Both the position numbers and the translations under genes were made by a program. From Candidatus Omnitrophota bacterium (GTDB lineage Bacteria > Omnitrophota > Gorgyraeia > Zapsychrales > JANLHA01): 64,000 nucleotides of DNA. Position 1 is the first letter of the stretch, and every line of letters starts with the position of its first letter. The notes beneath the pieces were generated by a model. The model searched no databases, had not been told where the DNA came from, and saw only the letters and a program-made list of their open reading frames with translations. The stretch lies in contig JAKLFA010000001.1 in NCBI GenBank assembly GCA_022711395.1, positions 131,277 through 195,276 of the forward strand. The letters are read 5' to 3'. Of this stretch, positions 48,045 through 57,812 are shown in pieces.

Positions 48045-49742
48045 ATGAAGAAACACATTCCATATTATTGTTCTGTTTTTATCTGCGGGCTTTTCCTTGC
48101 GGCGGGGCCCCGCGCGTTTCTTTCGGCGCAAGCCCAGACGGCCGATAGCATATCGACCGATACTTTTCTGGAATACACGCTTGCTGATCTTCGTGAGAAG
48201 ATGGACAAGGCCATTGAGCAGAACCGCCAACTGTCGGCGAAGAACGATTCTTTGCAGAAGCGGATGCTTTTTTTAAACCAGGAGATGAGACAGTTCAGCG
48301 ATGAAAAAATGGCTTTGATGGAACAGTCTGTCAAGCTGCGTGAGTCCATCAAGCTTGGCGTCAATGAGGCGGAGGTGTTGCGCAAGCACGCCAATAACGC
48401 CAGGGAACGTAAGCAGCATTTGCAATTGGAGGTCGGCAGTTTAGCCAAACGGATCGCATCGCTGGACGCTGAGCGCAAGCTGCTCGTTGAAAAAACGGAA
48501 GATGTTAAGACGGGTTTGCTGCAGGCCCAGGAAGGCGTGCGCGCCAAGGGCGACGGAAGCCTGTTGGAATATTATTTTCAGGAAAAATATAAATTCCTGG
48601 ACCTGGTCACGCAGGCCCGCGCCCGGATCCAGGAAAAGGAAGACCAACTGGACACTATGGACCTGGGGATGGCGAAAGAGCTGAGCCGCAAGGAACGGGA
48701 GCTGTTGCTTCAGCAGTCCCGCCAGGAAGAGATCGCTTCGCTTCGCCTGAAACTGAGAGAATCCCGGGATAAATACGATCTTTTGGACAAGACCCGGCGG
48801 AAGATACAGGACCAGGCTAATGTGAAGGTCAAGGATTTTGAGGCGGGCCTTTCCCAGCTGCGCAATGTTCACAAGGAGCTGAATCTGGCCATCAACCAAC
48901 TGAAGGATGCCAAGACCCGCATCGAGCAGGGTTTTGAGGCTCAACAAAAGGCCCTGGAAGAGCAGATCGGATTTTTGCAGGAACAGAACGAACTGTTATT
49001 TCTTAAAAAGAGGGACATTGAGACCCTCGCTCTGCTGAAAGAGCGGGGTTCCAGGCAAGAGCACGAAAAGATTGTTCTTGCGCAGGAGCATAATCAGCTT
49101 TTAGAGCGTGCGCGTTTGATCAAGGAAGAACGCAAGAGCGTTGAAAACGGGATCGCGGCCCAGAAAAAAACAGGGGAATCCTTTAAGCGTGACCACGACC
49201 GTTTAAAAAATGAGATCCTTGATCTGGAGCGGGACCTGACAGCCATGAAGAACAAGACCGAGCAGATGCGCAAAGCGGAGTTTGGACAAAAGAAGGAAGA
49301 GCTCAAAGGCCTTCTCCTTCAGAAGAAACAGAACGTGGTGAAAATGGATGATGAGTCCAAGGGCCTGGAAGCGGCGTTCCAACAGCAGCAAGCGGCCTTG
49401 AATGATTCACGCCAGCGGCAAACTGACCTGGGGACGCGTTTGGAAGAAATGGCGAACGCTCTGAAGGATGCTAAGCAGCTCGCCATGGACCTTTCTGATC
49501 AAAGGCAAAACTTCTCTCTTCGCAGCGGGGAAGTTTCTCAAACGACGCGGGATGATATCAAGGCTTTAAAATTGCGGAAAAAGGCCCTCGAAGGATCGCT
49601 GGATGTTATTAATAAGAAATATCAAGCTGGACAGCTCCAGGCCGACAGTCGTGGGGCTGAGTTCGCAGAGCTTGAAGGCTATCTTTCGGTCTTAAAGAAG
49701 GAAAATGCCGGTTTAAAGAAGAAGATCAAGGCCCTTCAGTAA
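48045..49742 (+). CDS. secreted long coiled-coil protein, hypothetical (pilus-locus associated)
   Basis: Signal peptide CSVFICGLFLAAGPRAFLSAQA. About 530 aa of heptad-rich Q/E/K/L sequence. Confidence 0.5.
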   Translation: MKKHIPYYCSVFICGLFLAAGPRAFLSAQAQTADSISTDTFLEYTLADLREKMDKAIEQNRQLSAKNDSLQKRMLFLNQEMRQFSDEKMALMEQSVKLRESIKLGVNEAEVLRKHANNARERKQHLQLEVGSLAKRIASLDAERKLLVEKTEDVKTGLLQAQEGVRAKGDGSLLEYYFQEKYKFLDLVTQARARIQEKEDQLDTMDLGMAKELSRKERELLLQQSRQEEIASLRLKLRESRDKYDLLDKTRRKIQDQANVKVKDFEAGLSQLRNVHKELNLAINQLKDAKTRIEQGFEAQQKALEEQIGFLQEQNELLFLKKRDIETLALLKERGSRQEHEKIVLAQEHNQLLERARLIKEERKSVENGIAAQKKTGESFKRDHDRLKNEILDLERDLTAMKNKTEQMRKAEFGQKKEELKGLLLQKKQNVVKMDDESKGLEAAFQQQQAALNDSRQRQTDLGTRLEEMANALKDAKQLAMDLSDQRQNFSLRSGEVSQTTRDDIKALKLRKKALEGSLDVINKKYQAGQLQADSRGAEFAELEGYLSVLKKENAGLKKKIKALQ

Positions 49743-49766
49743 ATTTTGAGGGGTTTTTAAGTGCCC

Positions 49767-49796
49767 TTGACAACCGGTAAGAGGGTCGTTTATACT
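49767..49796 (+). promoter_or_regulatory. sigma70-like promoter TTGACA-N18-TATACT
   Basis: TTGACA 49767-72, TATACT 49791-96. Confidence 0.5.
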
Positions 49797-49952
49797 TCAA
49801 ATGGAAGTCGTGCGTTCTTTGGATAACTGTTTGTTAATGAACAAAGGTAAACCATTCGTAAGGATGGGACACAAAGCTATAGGGCCCTTTCAGGTTTTGG
49901 GATCTGAAGAAAGGGTAGCCAGTTGCCATTAACATGAGAGATCATGGAAAAC

Positions 49953-49990
49953 AATGTCCCGTTCTGCGTCTGTGGAGCGGGATTTTTTAT
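49953..49990 (+). terminator. candidate intrinsic terminator/attenuator (CCGTTC..GAGCGG stem with G-U, then ATTTTTTATT) upstream of pilA
   Basis: Read from sequence. Weaker than the pilA terminator. Confidence 0.3.
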
Positions 49991-50190
49991 TGGTGGAAAT
50001 TGGCGATATTTGAATTGACACACCGTGTGAGTGTGTTACGATAAATGTACTTAACCTTAACCACCCCATTGGGTAAAGTCGTTTTAGGCGCTGGTGAGAT
50101 TCTTTCTAAACGTACTGTTTCTTATTCTTCTCATGTGCGCTAAGATGGCTTGATAACAATGGGGTACAAAGAGGTCGAAGGAGGAGAGAC

Positions 50191-50583
50191 ATGAGAATGA
50201 ACAGAAAAGGCTTTACCCTGGTAGAGATCATGATCGTTGTTGCGATCATCGCTCTGTTGGCGATCATTGCGATCCCCAACTTGTTAAGAGCCAAGATCTC
50301 GGCCAACGACGCTTTGGCAAAGACCACACTCAGGACTTTGTCAACAGCAGCAGAAACGTTTGCCACGGCTAACAATGGGACGTATCCGGCAGCAATTGGA
50401 GATTTGACCGGAGCTACGCCGCCCTACATCAACAGAGACTATGTTGGTGAAACGATTGCTGGTTTTACTTATTCAGCAACGTGGGGTCCGGGCACGTATA
50501 CGTTTACTGCAACACCGGTTAGTGTTGGAACATCAGGTTCCGCCACTTTTTCAATCTCAACCGGTGCTATTCCAGATTGGTGA
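50191..50583 (+). CDS. pilA: type IV pilin (prepilin-type N-terminal cleavage/methylation domain)
   Basis: MRMNRKGFTLVEIMIVVAIIALLAIIAIPNLL class-III signal. SD GAAGGAGGAG. Confidence 0.9.
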   Translation: MRMNRKGFTLVEIMIVVAIIALLAIIAIPNLLRAKISANDALAKTTLRTLSTAAETFATANNGTYPAAIGDLTGATPPYINRDYVGETIAGFTYSATWGPGTYTFTATPVSVGTSGSATFSISTGAIPDW

Positions 50584-50604
50584 TTTTGTTTGAGTGTGTA
50601 AGTC

Positions 50605-50644
50605 GGGGGGGCTTAAATCAAGATTTAAGCCCCCCCTTTTTATT
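50605..50644 (+). terminator. strong Rho-independent terminator after pilA
   Basis: 15-bp perfect stem GGGGGGGCTTAAATC/GATTTAAGCCCCCCC, 2-nt loop, then TTTTTATT. Confidence 0.85.
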
Positions 50645-50735
50645 AGTAAAAAAATTTATAAAACTATAGAAATAAAATATTTATAATAGAAAATAAAATG
50701 AACGATGTTATAATAACCACGAGCCAGTTGAAACA

Positions 50736-51815
50736 ATGCTCTGGATTTGTCTCTTTCACGATATGAAAAAGTTTTGGGAACAATATATAAATTTTGTCAA
50801 ACGCTACATTCCTGAACCGCAGGTCAAGGCCCGTGTCGGGCTTGATATCGGTGCCAGCAGCTGCAAAATGGTCGCCCTTGCTCCCAAGGGGTCTTCTTAT
50901 GAGCTTTTAGGCTGGGCCATTGAGCCGGTCAGCGGCAGCGATATTGAGTCTTCCGTCAAAAAGGTCCTGCTGCATTGTCCTGATCTATCAAGTCCTCCTG
51001 TGACCGCCCTGTCTGGAAAGGGCACGCTGATCCGTTATGTGGAAATGCCTAAGCTTTCTAAAGAAGAATTGAAGAAGTCTTTTAGTTATGAAGCGGATAA
51101 ATATCTTCCTTTTTCCATGCAGGATATTTACGCGGATTGTTTTATTTTGGACCATCATTTAGCCGGCTCCAAGATGCGCGTTATGATCGCAGCCGCCAAA
51201 AAAGAGCTTGTTGACCAGCGGGTCAAGTTGTGTTCACAGCTGGGAATTCAACCGGAGGTCATCACTCTGGATCCGTTGGCATTGATCAACGCCTATCAGC
51301 ATTTGGGAATTGGCCATAAGGAGTTCAGTTCGGAAAAGAACGGGGTCGCGATCCTGGATATGGGGGACCGCGTGACCACGCTTAATATCCTTGTGGGGGA
51401 GATGCCGCGTTTCAGCCGGGACCTTTCCTGGGGGGCGGCGGATCTTGTTAAGAACATTATCCGATCTTTGAACGTGACGCCGGAAGAGGCGGAACAATTC
51501 AAGTTCGATCCGGGGAGCAGAAAAGAAGAGGTTTTGCAGGCTGTTGAGTCGGTCTTCGCGAACCTTATTTCAGAATTGAGGATGTCGTTCGATTATTTTT
51601 TGACGGAAAATAATGTGTCGATCTCAGAACTCCTTTTGACCGGAGGAGTTTCTCTTTTTTGGGGTCTGCAAGAAATGTTCGAGCATTCTCTGGAGGTCCA
51701 GGTCAAGCAGTGGGACCCGTTCAAGAACCTGGAGTTCGCTCCGAACGTGTCCCGTGAGGAATTGATGAAAGTGTCAGGGCAATTGGGCGTGGCGTTGGGG
51801 CTTGCGCTATCATAA
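50736..51815 (+). CDS. pilM: type IV pilus assembly protein PilM (actin-like ATPase)
   Basis: VGLDIGASSCKMVAL, MGDRVTTLNIL. Start could be ATG 50736 or 50763. Confidence 0.85.
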   Translation: MLWICLFHDMKKFWEQYINFVKRYIPEPQVKARVGLDIGASSCKMVALAPKGSSYELLGWAIEPVSGSDIESSVKKVLLHCPDLSSPPVTALSGKGTLIRYVEMPKLSKEELKKSFSYEADKYLPFSMQDIYADCFILDHHLAGSKMRVMIAAAKKELVDQRVKLCSQLGIQPEVITLDPLALINAYQHLGIGHKEFSSEKNGVAILDMGDRVTTLNILVGEMPRFSRDLSWGAADLVKNIIRSLNVTPEEAEQFKFDPGSRKEEVLQAVESVFANLISELRMSFDYFLTENNVSISELLLTGGVSLFWGLQEMFEHSLEVQVKQWDPFKNLEFAPNVSREELMKVSGQLGVALGLALS

Positions 51816-51823
51816 GGTGAACT

Positions 51824-52483
51824 ATGATCGAGATCAATTTAACGCCAGCAGATTTTCGCCGTAAACGCAGAGGGTCGGGCTTTTTGCCGAAAGGCCTTTT
51901 GCTGCCCAGGGAGGTCATCATTGGGCTGATCGGCGGGTTCTTTGTTCTTTTGATCTCGTTCAATGTGCTCTTGCAGACCTTGATAGTGTTCAAATGGTTT
52001 TCGCATTCCAGGTTGACGCATAAATGGGAGAAGGTCCTGCCTGAGCGGGATTCCCTGAAACGGATTGAGCAGGACCTGCGGAAAAAGCAGGCGAGGATCG
52101 CTTCTATCGAAAAGATCATCGGCCGTCAGAATATCCGCTGGTCCAAAAAGTTGAATATCATGAGCGATGAGATTTCGAGAGGCGTTTGGTTCAACCGTAT
52201 TTTGTTCGAGGATGATTTTTTTCTGATCCAGGGCAGCGCGGTCTCTAAGCAAAAGATGGAAAAGATCAACGTGACCAAGTTTCTGACGAAACTGAAAGAA
52301 ACTGAAAGTTTCGCCAAAGATTTTAAGGATATTGATATTGAGTCGATCCGGTCCCGCGAGATCAGCGGAACGCCGATCTCAGATTTTGCGATCAGGGCCG
52401 AAATGGAGAAAAAGGAAGAGAAGGCGCAGAAGACGGAGAAGACCGAAAAGGCGGGAAAAGGCGGAAAGGCGGGCAAGAAGTGA
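51824..52483 (+). CDS. pilN: type IV pilus assembly protein PilN with Lys-rich KAGK-repeat tail
   Basis: MIEINLTP N-terminus, single TM. C-terminal EKKEEKAQKTEKTEKAGKGGKAGKK. Confidence 0.7.
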   Translation: MIEINLTPADFRRKRRGSGFLPKGLLLPREVIIGLIGGFFVLLISFNVLLQTLIVFKWFSHSRLTHKWEKVLPERDSLKRIEQDLRKKQARIASIEKIIGRQNIRWSKKLNIMSDEISRGVWFNRILFEDDFFLIQGSAVSKQKMEKINVTKFLTKLKETESFAKDFKDIDIESIRSREISGTPISDFAIRAEMEKKEEKAQKTEKTEKAGKGGKAGKK

Positions 52484-53097
52484 TGCTCAAGCAGTTGGAT
52501 GTGAAAGAAAAGATCATGGAATTCGTTGTGAAACTCAACGAGAAGAACCCGTATTATGTGATCATCGGGGTCTTGGTATGTTTGCTGTTGATCGATTATT
52601 TTGGGCTGATGCAGTTTCAGCTTGGGGCTTTGCGGGAATTGAACCCGAAGATCCAGCAGATCAAGACGGATTTCAAGCTTTTGGAAGACGGTCAAAAACG
52701 CATGGACCAGTACCAGAAAGAATCCCAGCGGCTGGATGAAAAAATGGGAAATATGGACCTTTTGATAAGGACCCGTGCGGAGATCCCAAGCATTTTGGAA
52801 AATATTTCACGGATCGGCAATAAGAACCGCATGCGCATTGAGCAGATCGTTCCGGATACGGCGCTGGATGAGCCGGTCATGAAGAACGGGGAAGGCGCTT
52901 ATTATTTGATGCCGATCGTGCTGGAGGCTAAAGGCGGATATCATGAATTCGGGCGTTTTTTGAACCAACTGGAGCGGGAGGGGATCGTCGCCAACGTCTC
53001 CCGCCTTTCCATGATCGGGGACGAAGAGAGCGGGCAGCGTCAGCATCAGATTTCGATCACAATGAACACGATTATTTTTGAACCGGCATTGAAATGA
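52480..53097 (+). CDS. pilO: type IV pilus assembly protein PilO
   Basis: TM + coiled coil + C-terminal domain. Position between pilN and pilP. Confidence 0.65.
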   Translation: MMLKQLDVKEKIMEFVVKLNEKNPYYVIIGVLVCLLLIDYFGLMQFQLGALRELNPKIQQIKTDFKLLEDGQKRMDQYQKESQRLDEKMGNMDLLIRTRAEIPSILENISRIGNKNRMRIEQIVPDTALDEPVMKNGEGAYYLMPIVLEAKGGYHEFGRFLNQLEREGIVANVSRLSMIGDEESGQRQHQISITMNTIIFEPALK

Positions 53098-53477
53098 AAA
53101 AGAAACTGATCATAATTTTTTGTGGCTTGATAGTCTGCCTGGGGCAGGGAATGGCTTCCCATGCCCAGACGCAGCCGGCCGTCGGGCAGGATGAGGATTT
53201 TGTTTATGAAAGCGGCGGGAAGCGCGACCCTTTTTGGCCTTTGGTCAACAAGGGCGGCGGGGTGATCAGTTATGACAAGGACCTGCTTTCTTCTGAAATG
53301 TCCCTTCAAGGCATTATGGTTGGGAACGACGGGAAAAATGCCGCCATTATTAACGGCATCATCGTTAAAGAAGGGGACACGATCGGTTTATATGTTGTGG
53401 AGCAGGTGAGCACGGGTTCCGTGACCTTGCGTCGTGAGCAGGAAGTCGTGACGTTAACGTTAAACAAGGAGGAATAA
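53094..53477 (+). CDS. pilP: PilP-like pilus assembly lipoprotein
   Basis: Lipobox FCGLIVCLGQG. Small beta domain. Precedes the secretin. Confidence 0.5.
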   Translation: MKKKLIIIFCGLIVCLGQGMASHAQTQPAVGQDEDFVYESGGKRDPFWPLVNKGGGVISYDKDLLSSEMSLQGIMVGNDGKNAAIINGIIVKEGDTIGLYVVEQVSTGSVTLRREQEVVTLTLNKEE

Positions 53478-54938
53478 ATGCATACTCGAGCAGCCATTGT
53501 CATGGTCATTGTGCTTTGTTGGTGTTCTTCGGTCTGCGCAGAGCAAGACCTGGGTGTTCAGCCGTCTGCTGTTGAAGAGCCGGTGGCTGCCGAGGCTGTT
53601 GTTGCGGATCCGGCCCCTGAGGCTGCGGTCCAACCTGCGGATGCGGAGGCCGTGAAGGAGCCGATAGCCGCTGAGCCGGAGATCGTCATGGATAACGGGC
53701 TGGTCAGCCTGGATTTTCGTGACGCAGACATTCAGGATGTCTTGAGGGTCCTTTCGTTTAAGAGCGGCGTGAACATCGTGACCGGCCCTGAGGTTGTGGG
53801 CCTTGTCACGATCAAGCTGACGGATGTCCCCTGGCAGAGAGCGCTGGATGTGGTTTTGCAGACCTATGGATACGCTTATGACCGTAAAGGCAACATCATC
53901 ACGGTCACGACGATCGAGAATTTGAAAAAGCGCCGGGAGGACGCCATGCTTTTGGCCGAACAGGAACGTCTTGAAACAAAAACGTTCTTTTTGAATTATG
54001 CCAAAGCGTCGCAGATCATCACATCGATCGAAAAGATGTGCACGACCAGGGGAAGCGTTAATTTTGATGAACGGACCAATGCTTTGATCGTTCAGGATAT
54101 TCCATCCAATCTTGAGTTGATCGAAGAGGTTGTCACGCGCCTGGATGAAACGACGCCTCAGGTCTTGATCGAGGCCAAGATCGTTGAGACGACGCTGACC
54201 GATGCGGAAGAACTGGGTTTTGACTGGACCGTGCAGCTGGCCGCGAACGGTTCTTCGAGGACGACGACGTTTCCGTTTGCCGCGAGGTCGGATAACAAGT
54301 ATCTTAATCCGGCTTTTCCGACGGATGATGATTATTTAAAAGGAGTTTTTCAATACGGGACGATCGATTCAACGAGCTTGGGGCTTGTTTTTGAGATGCT
54401 GAAAACGCGCTCGAACACGGATATCCTGTCCAATCCCCGGATCGTCACGCTGGATAATAAGCCGGCGCGGATCGTGGTGGGCAGTCAGTATCCGATACCG
54501 GTTTACACGTATAATGAGGATCAGGCGAAGCTGCAGGTGAGCGGCTGGGAGTATAAAGATATTGGCATTATCTTTGAGGTGACCCCGCATGTGAACAACG
54601 CGGGGCTCGTCACCCTCGATCTTAAACCAAAGGTCACAGCGATCCTTGAGACAGTCACGGTTGAAAATACCGATCTGCCACGACTGAGCATCGAAGAGGC
54701 TGTTACGAGCGTCATGGTGAAAGATGGGGAAACGTTGGTCATTGCCGGTTTGGTAAAGGATCAGGTGACGGAGACCAAGAAGAAGGTTCCGATCCTAGGC
54801 AGCATTCCCTTGTTAGGGAAATTATTCCAAAAGGATGAGGGCGGGGTAACGAAGACGGATCTGCTGATCTTTATTACACCGCATATCATTACTCCCGAGA
54901 ATGAGACCACGGTGGTCTCATCTCAAGCCAAGCCGTAA
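53478..54938 (+). CDS. pilQ: type IV pilus secretin PilQ
   Basis: Signal peptide. N0/N1-like domains. Secretin core LIVQDIPSNL..., GSQYPIP, ...DLLIFITPHII. No AMIN domains. Confidence 0.9.
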   Translation: MHTRAAIVMVIVLCWCSSVCAEQDLGVQPSAVEEPVAAEAVVADPAPEAAVQPADAEAVKEPIAAEPEIVMDNGLVSLDFRDADIQDVLRVLSFKSGVNIVTGPEVVGLVTIKLTDVPWQRALDVVLQTYGYAYDRKGNIITVTTIENLKKRREDAMLLAEQERLETKTFFLNYAKASQIITSIEKMCTTRGSVNFDERTNALIVQDIPSNLELIEEVVTRLDETTPQVLIEAKIVETTLTDAEELGFDWTVQLAANGSSRTTTFPFAARSDNKYLNPAFPTDDDYLKGVFQYGTIDSTSLGLVFEMLKTRSNTDILSNPRIVTLDNKPARIVVGSQYPIPVYTYNEDQAKLQVSGWEYKDIGIIFEVTPHVNNAGLVTLDLKPKVTAILETVTVENTDLPRLSIEEAVTSVMVKDGETLVIAGLVKDQVTETKKKVPILGSIPLLGKLFQKDEGGVTKTDLLIFITPHIITPENETTVVSSQAKP

Positions 54939-55061
54939 ACGTTTTGTTTTCGCCGGATGGACCAATGAAAGGCGGACATAAGGCAACCTTGCGCCCGAGA
55001 TGTGCGGGATAGGGATGACTTATGTTTGCTGGAATTCAGACATATTTGATGAAAGAGGTGT

Positions 55062-56363
55062 ATGGTGGGAAAAGAGATTTTAATTAGCAAAGGAAAAACT
55101 GACACGCGGGTCGCGATTATTGATCGAAATGTGCTCGAGGATTTTTATATCGAGGTGGACCAGCATCAATCCATGCTCGGCAACGTTTATAAGGGCCGGG
55201 TAGAGTCGATCTTGCCTTCGATCAATGGGGCTTTTGTGAACATCGGCCATGAACGCAACGGATTTTTGTATCTGACGGACGCGGACAACCCGTTGATCGC
55301 GGAGGAGATGGAAGCCCCCCGTGGTCTCATCCAGAAGATCTTGAAAGGGAACGAGAATAAAAAACGTCCGGCCCGGGGGAAGGGTGAACTGCCTTTGAAG
55401 GAAGGGCAGGAGATCCTGGTCCAGGTGGTCAAGGACCCTTTCGCCCAGAAGGGACCGCGTTTGACGACACATATTTCCCTTGCCGGCCGGTTTGTGGTGT
55501 ATATGCCGTTTGACCCGCACAATGGGATCTCCAAAAAGATCGCAAGCCAGGAAGAGCGTGACCGTTTGAAAGAGGTTCTTGACGAGCTGAATTTTTCAAA
55601 AAACAGCGGGGTCATTATCCGCACGGCTTCCCTTGGGCAAACAAAACGGGAACTTGTCCGTGACGCCAGGTTTTTGCACAAAGTCTGGCAGGAGATCCTG
55701 AAACTCGCAGAGAAGAAACAGGCGCCGGCGCTCGTGTATAAGGATTACGATCTGGTTTCGAAGGTCGTGCGTGACTATTTGAAGGATGATGTCGATAAGG
55801 TCGTGATCGATTCTCTGGAGGATTATAAAAGCATACGGAAATTCACCATGAATCTGGTCGGCCCATTGGAAGCGGCGAAGATCCATTGCTACCGCGGGCA
55901 GAAAACATTGTTCGAACATAAGGGCGTTTCCAAACAGCTTTCACAGATCTATGATACGCGGGTCTATATCCGCGGAGGCGCTCATATTGTGATCGAGCCT
56001 ACCGAAGGGTTGACGGTTGTGGATGTCAACAGTGGAAAATTTAAAATGAAAGGGACTCCGGAGGAGGCGGCTTTTGTGGTCAATATGGCAGCGGCCCCGG
56101 AGATCGCCAGGCAGTTGCGCTTAAGGGACGTCGGTGGTATCATTGTTATTGATTTTATCGATATGACCCGGGAGGCTCATAAGCGTAAAGTCTTGGACGC
56201 GTTGAAGTTTGAGCTGTCCAAGGACCACGCGAAGACCGAAGTCAACCGCATTTCTCCTTTGGGGCTGGTCGAAATGACCAGGGCCCGCACCGGTAAGACC
56301 CTGGAAGCGGTGTCGTTTAAGACCTGCCCTTATTGCCATGGTCGCGGAAAGGTGAGGCTTTGA
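55062..56363 (+). CDS. rng: ribonuclease G/E-family endoribonuclease
   Basis: S1 domain GNVYKGRVESILPSINGAFVNIG. Catalytic VVDVNSGKF. C-terminal zinc-link CPYCHGRG. Confidence 0.85.
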   Translation: MVGKEILISKGKTDTRVAIIDRNVLEDFYIEVDQHQSMLGNVYKGRVESILPSINGAFVNIGHERNGFLYLTDADNPLIAEEMEAPRGLIQKILKGNENKKRPARGKGELPLKEGQEILVQVVKDPFAQKGPRLTTHISLAGRFVVYMPFDPHNGISKKIASQEERDRLKEVLDELNFSKNSGVIIRTASLGQTKRELVRDARFLHKVWQEILKLAEKKQAPALVYKDYDLVSKVVRDYLKDDVDKVVIDSLEDYKSIRKFTMNLVGPLEAAKIHCYRGQKTLFEHKGVSKQLSQIYDTRVYIRGGAHIVIEPTEGLTVVDVNSGKFKMKGTPEEAAFVVNMAAAPEIARQLRLRDVGGIIVIDFIDMTREAHKRKVLDALKFELSKDHAKTEVNRISPLGLVEMTRARTGKTLEAVSFKTCPYCHGRGKVRL

Positions 56364-56388
56364 TCGCAAGAGCGGAAAGAAAAATATG

Positions 56389-56417
56389 TTGACTTTTTTC
56401 AGGATTCCGCTTTAATA
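56389..56417 (+). promoter_or_regulatory. sigma70-like promoter TTGACT-N17-TTAATA upstream of rplU
   Basis: Read from sequence. Followed by a small hairpin CCGTCCGC..GGCGGGCG before the SD GAGGAGG. Confidence 0.45.
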
Positions 56418-56486
56418 GATTACTTTAATAATATTATTAAACCGTCCGCATGAAGGCGGGCGATGTCTTGTTAGAGGAGGTTTTCA

Positions 56487-56798
56487 ATGTACGCGATTGT
56501 TCAGTTCGGTTCTAGTCAGTATAAAGTTTCAGAAGGCGACGTGATCGAGATTGATCGTCTTGCCGATGAGAAATCCGAAAACGTCAAGGCGGACCAGGTC
56601 CTTTTAATCGCAGATGGGAAAGATGTGAAGGTCGGCCAGCCGTCTTTGAAAGGCGCGACCGTGGAAGCTAAGGTCCTTGATCAGACCATGGGCGAAAAAG
56701 TATTCGCTTTCAAATACCGATGCCGTAAGGGGTTTACCTGGAAACGCGGTCATCGCGCGAAGCTAACCGCTTTAAAAATTATCAAAATCTCTGCTTAA
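56487..56798 (+). CDS. rplU: 50S ribosomal protein L21
   Basis: MYAIVQFGSSQYKVSEGDVIEIDRL. Confidence 0.95.
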   Translation: MYAIVQFGSSQYKVSEGDVIEIDRLADEKSENVKADQVLLIADGKDVKVGQPSLKGATVEAKVLDQTMGEKVFAFKYRCRKGFTWKRGHRAKLTALKIIKISA

Positions 56799-56834
56799 AC
56801 CCTTTTTGGGCAGACATTCAATGCGTGGCTGAAC

Positions 56835-57809
56835 ATGGCATTTATTGATGAAGCACGGATCTTCATAAAGGCCGGTGATGGCGGTAAAGGCTGCGAAAGC
56901 TTTTATCGGAACAAATATTTCCGCTATCCGCGCCCTAATGGGGGAGATGGGGGCAAGGGTGGCGATGTGGTATTTGTCGCGGATCCGCGCATTCAAACAC
57001 TTCTCGATTTTAAATTCAAACAGCATTATAAGGCAGAACGCGGCGGTCACGGCGGCAGTAAAGGCAAGACCGGCCACCGCGGAGCGGATTGCGTGTTGAG
57101 GGTCCCTGTCGGGACGATCCTCAGCGACGCGGAAAGCGGCCTTATTTTTCGTGATCTTACAGAGGCAGACCAGCAGGTCATCGTGGCCAAAGGTGGCGCC
57201 GGGGGGCAAGGCAACCAGAACAACCGGACGCCGACCCAGTTCGAACTGGGGGAAGAAAAGACGGTCCATTTGCAGTTGAAATTGATCGCGGATGTCGGGT
57301 TGGTCGGCTGTCCGAACGCTGGAAAATCAACGTTCATCAATCAAGTTTCCAAGGTGCGCTCCAAGATCGCGAGTTATCCGTTTACGACAAAGCAGCCGAT
57401 CTTAGGAGTCGTTGAAGGCGAAGATGTTCAATTCGTGATCGCGGATTTGCCGGGATTGATCGAAGGGGCGCATCAGGGCCGTGGGCTGGGCGACCGTTTT
57501 TTGAAGCATGCGGAACGAACCAAGGTCCTTGTGCATTTGGTGGATATGGCGGCGGCGGATGAGCGTGACCCCTTGGAGGACTTTGCGCAGATCAGTGAGG
57601 AACTGAAGGAGTATAATGAAGCTTTGACGGTGAAAGAACGGATCATCGTGGCGAATAAAATGGACCTTCCTAAGGCCGCGGAGAATCTCAAACGTTTTCA
57701 GGAGCGTTTCAAGTTGGATGTGTTTGAAGTCTCGGCCCTGACGGGAGAAGGGGTCGAGGCGGTCGTTAAAGAGATCCGGCGTATCCTCAAATCATCAAAG
57801 ACAGGATAA
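56835..57809 (+). CDS. obg: GTPase Obg/CgtA
   Basis: MAFIDEARIFIKAGDGGKGC Gly-rich Obg fold. GCPNAGKST G1 motif. Confidence 0.9.
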   Translation: MAFIDEARIFIKAGDGGKGCESFYRNKYFRYPRPNGGDGGKGGDVVFVADPRIQTLLDFKFKQHYKAERGGHGGSKGKTGHRGADCVLRVPVGTILSDAESGLIFRDLTEADQQVIVAKGGAGGQGNQNNRTPTQFELGEEKTVHLQLKLIADVGLVGCPNAGKSTFINQVSKVRSKIASYPFTTKQPILGVVEGEDVQFVIADLPGLIEGAHQGRGLGDRFLKHAERTKVLVHLVDMAAADERDPLEDFAQISEELKEYNEALTVKERIIVANKMDLPKAAENLKRFQERFKLDVFEVSALTGEGVEAVVKEIRRILKSSKTG

Positions 57810-57812
57810 GAT

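Noticed and set aside
49800-50190. sigma54 (-24 TGGCAC / -12 TTGC) promoter expected upstream of pilA
   Set aside because: No convincing GG-N10-GC element found by eye. Only a sigma70-like promoter further upstream.
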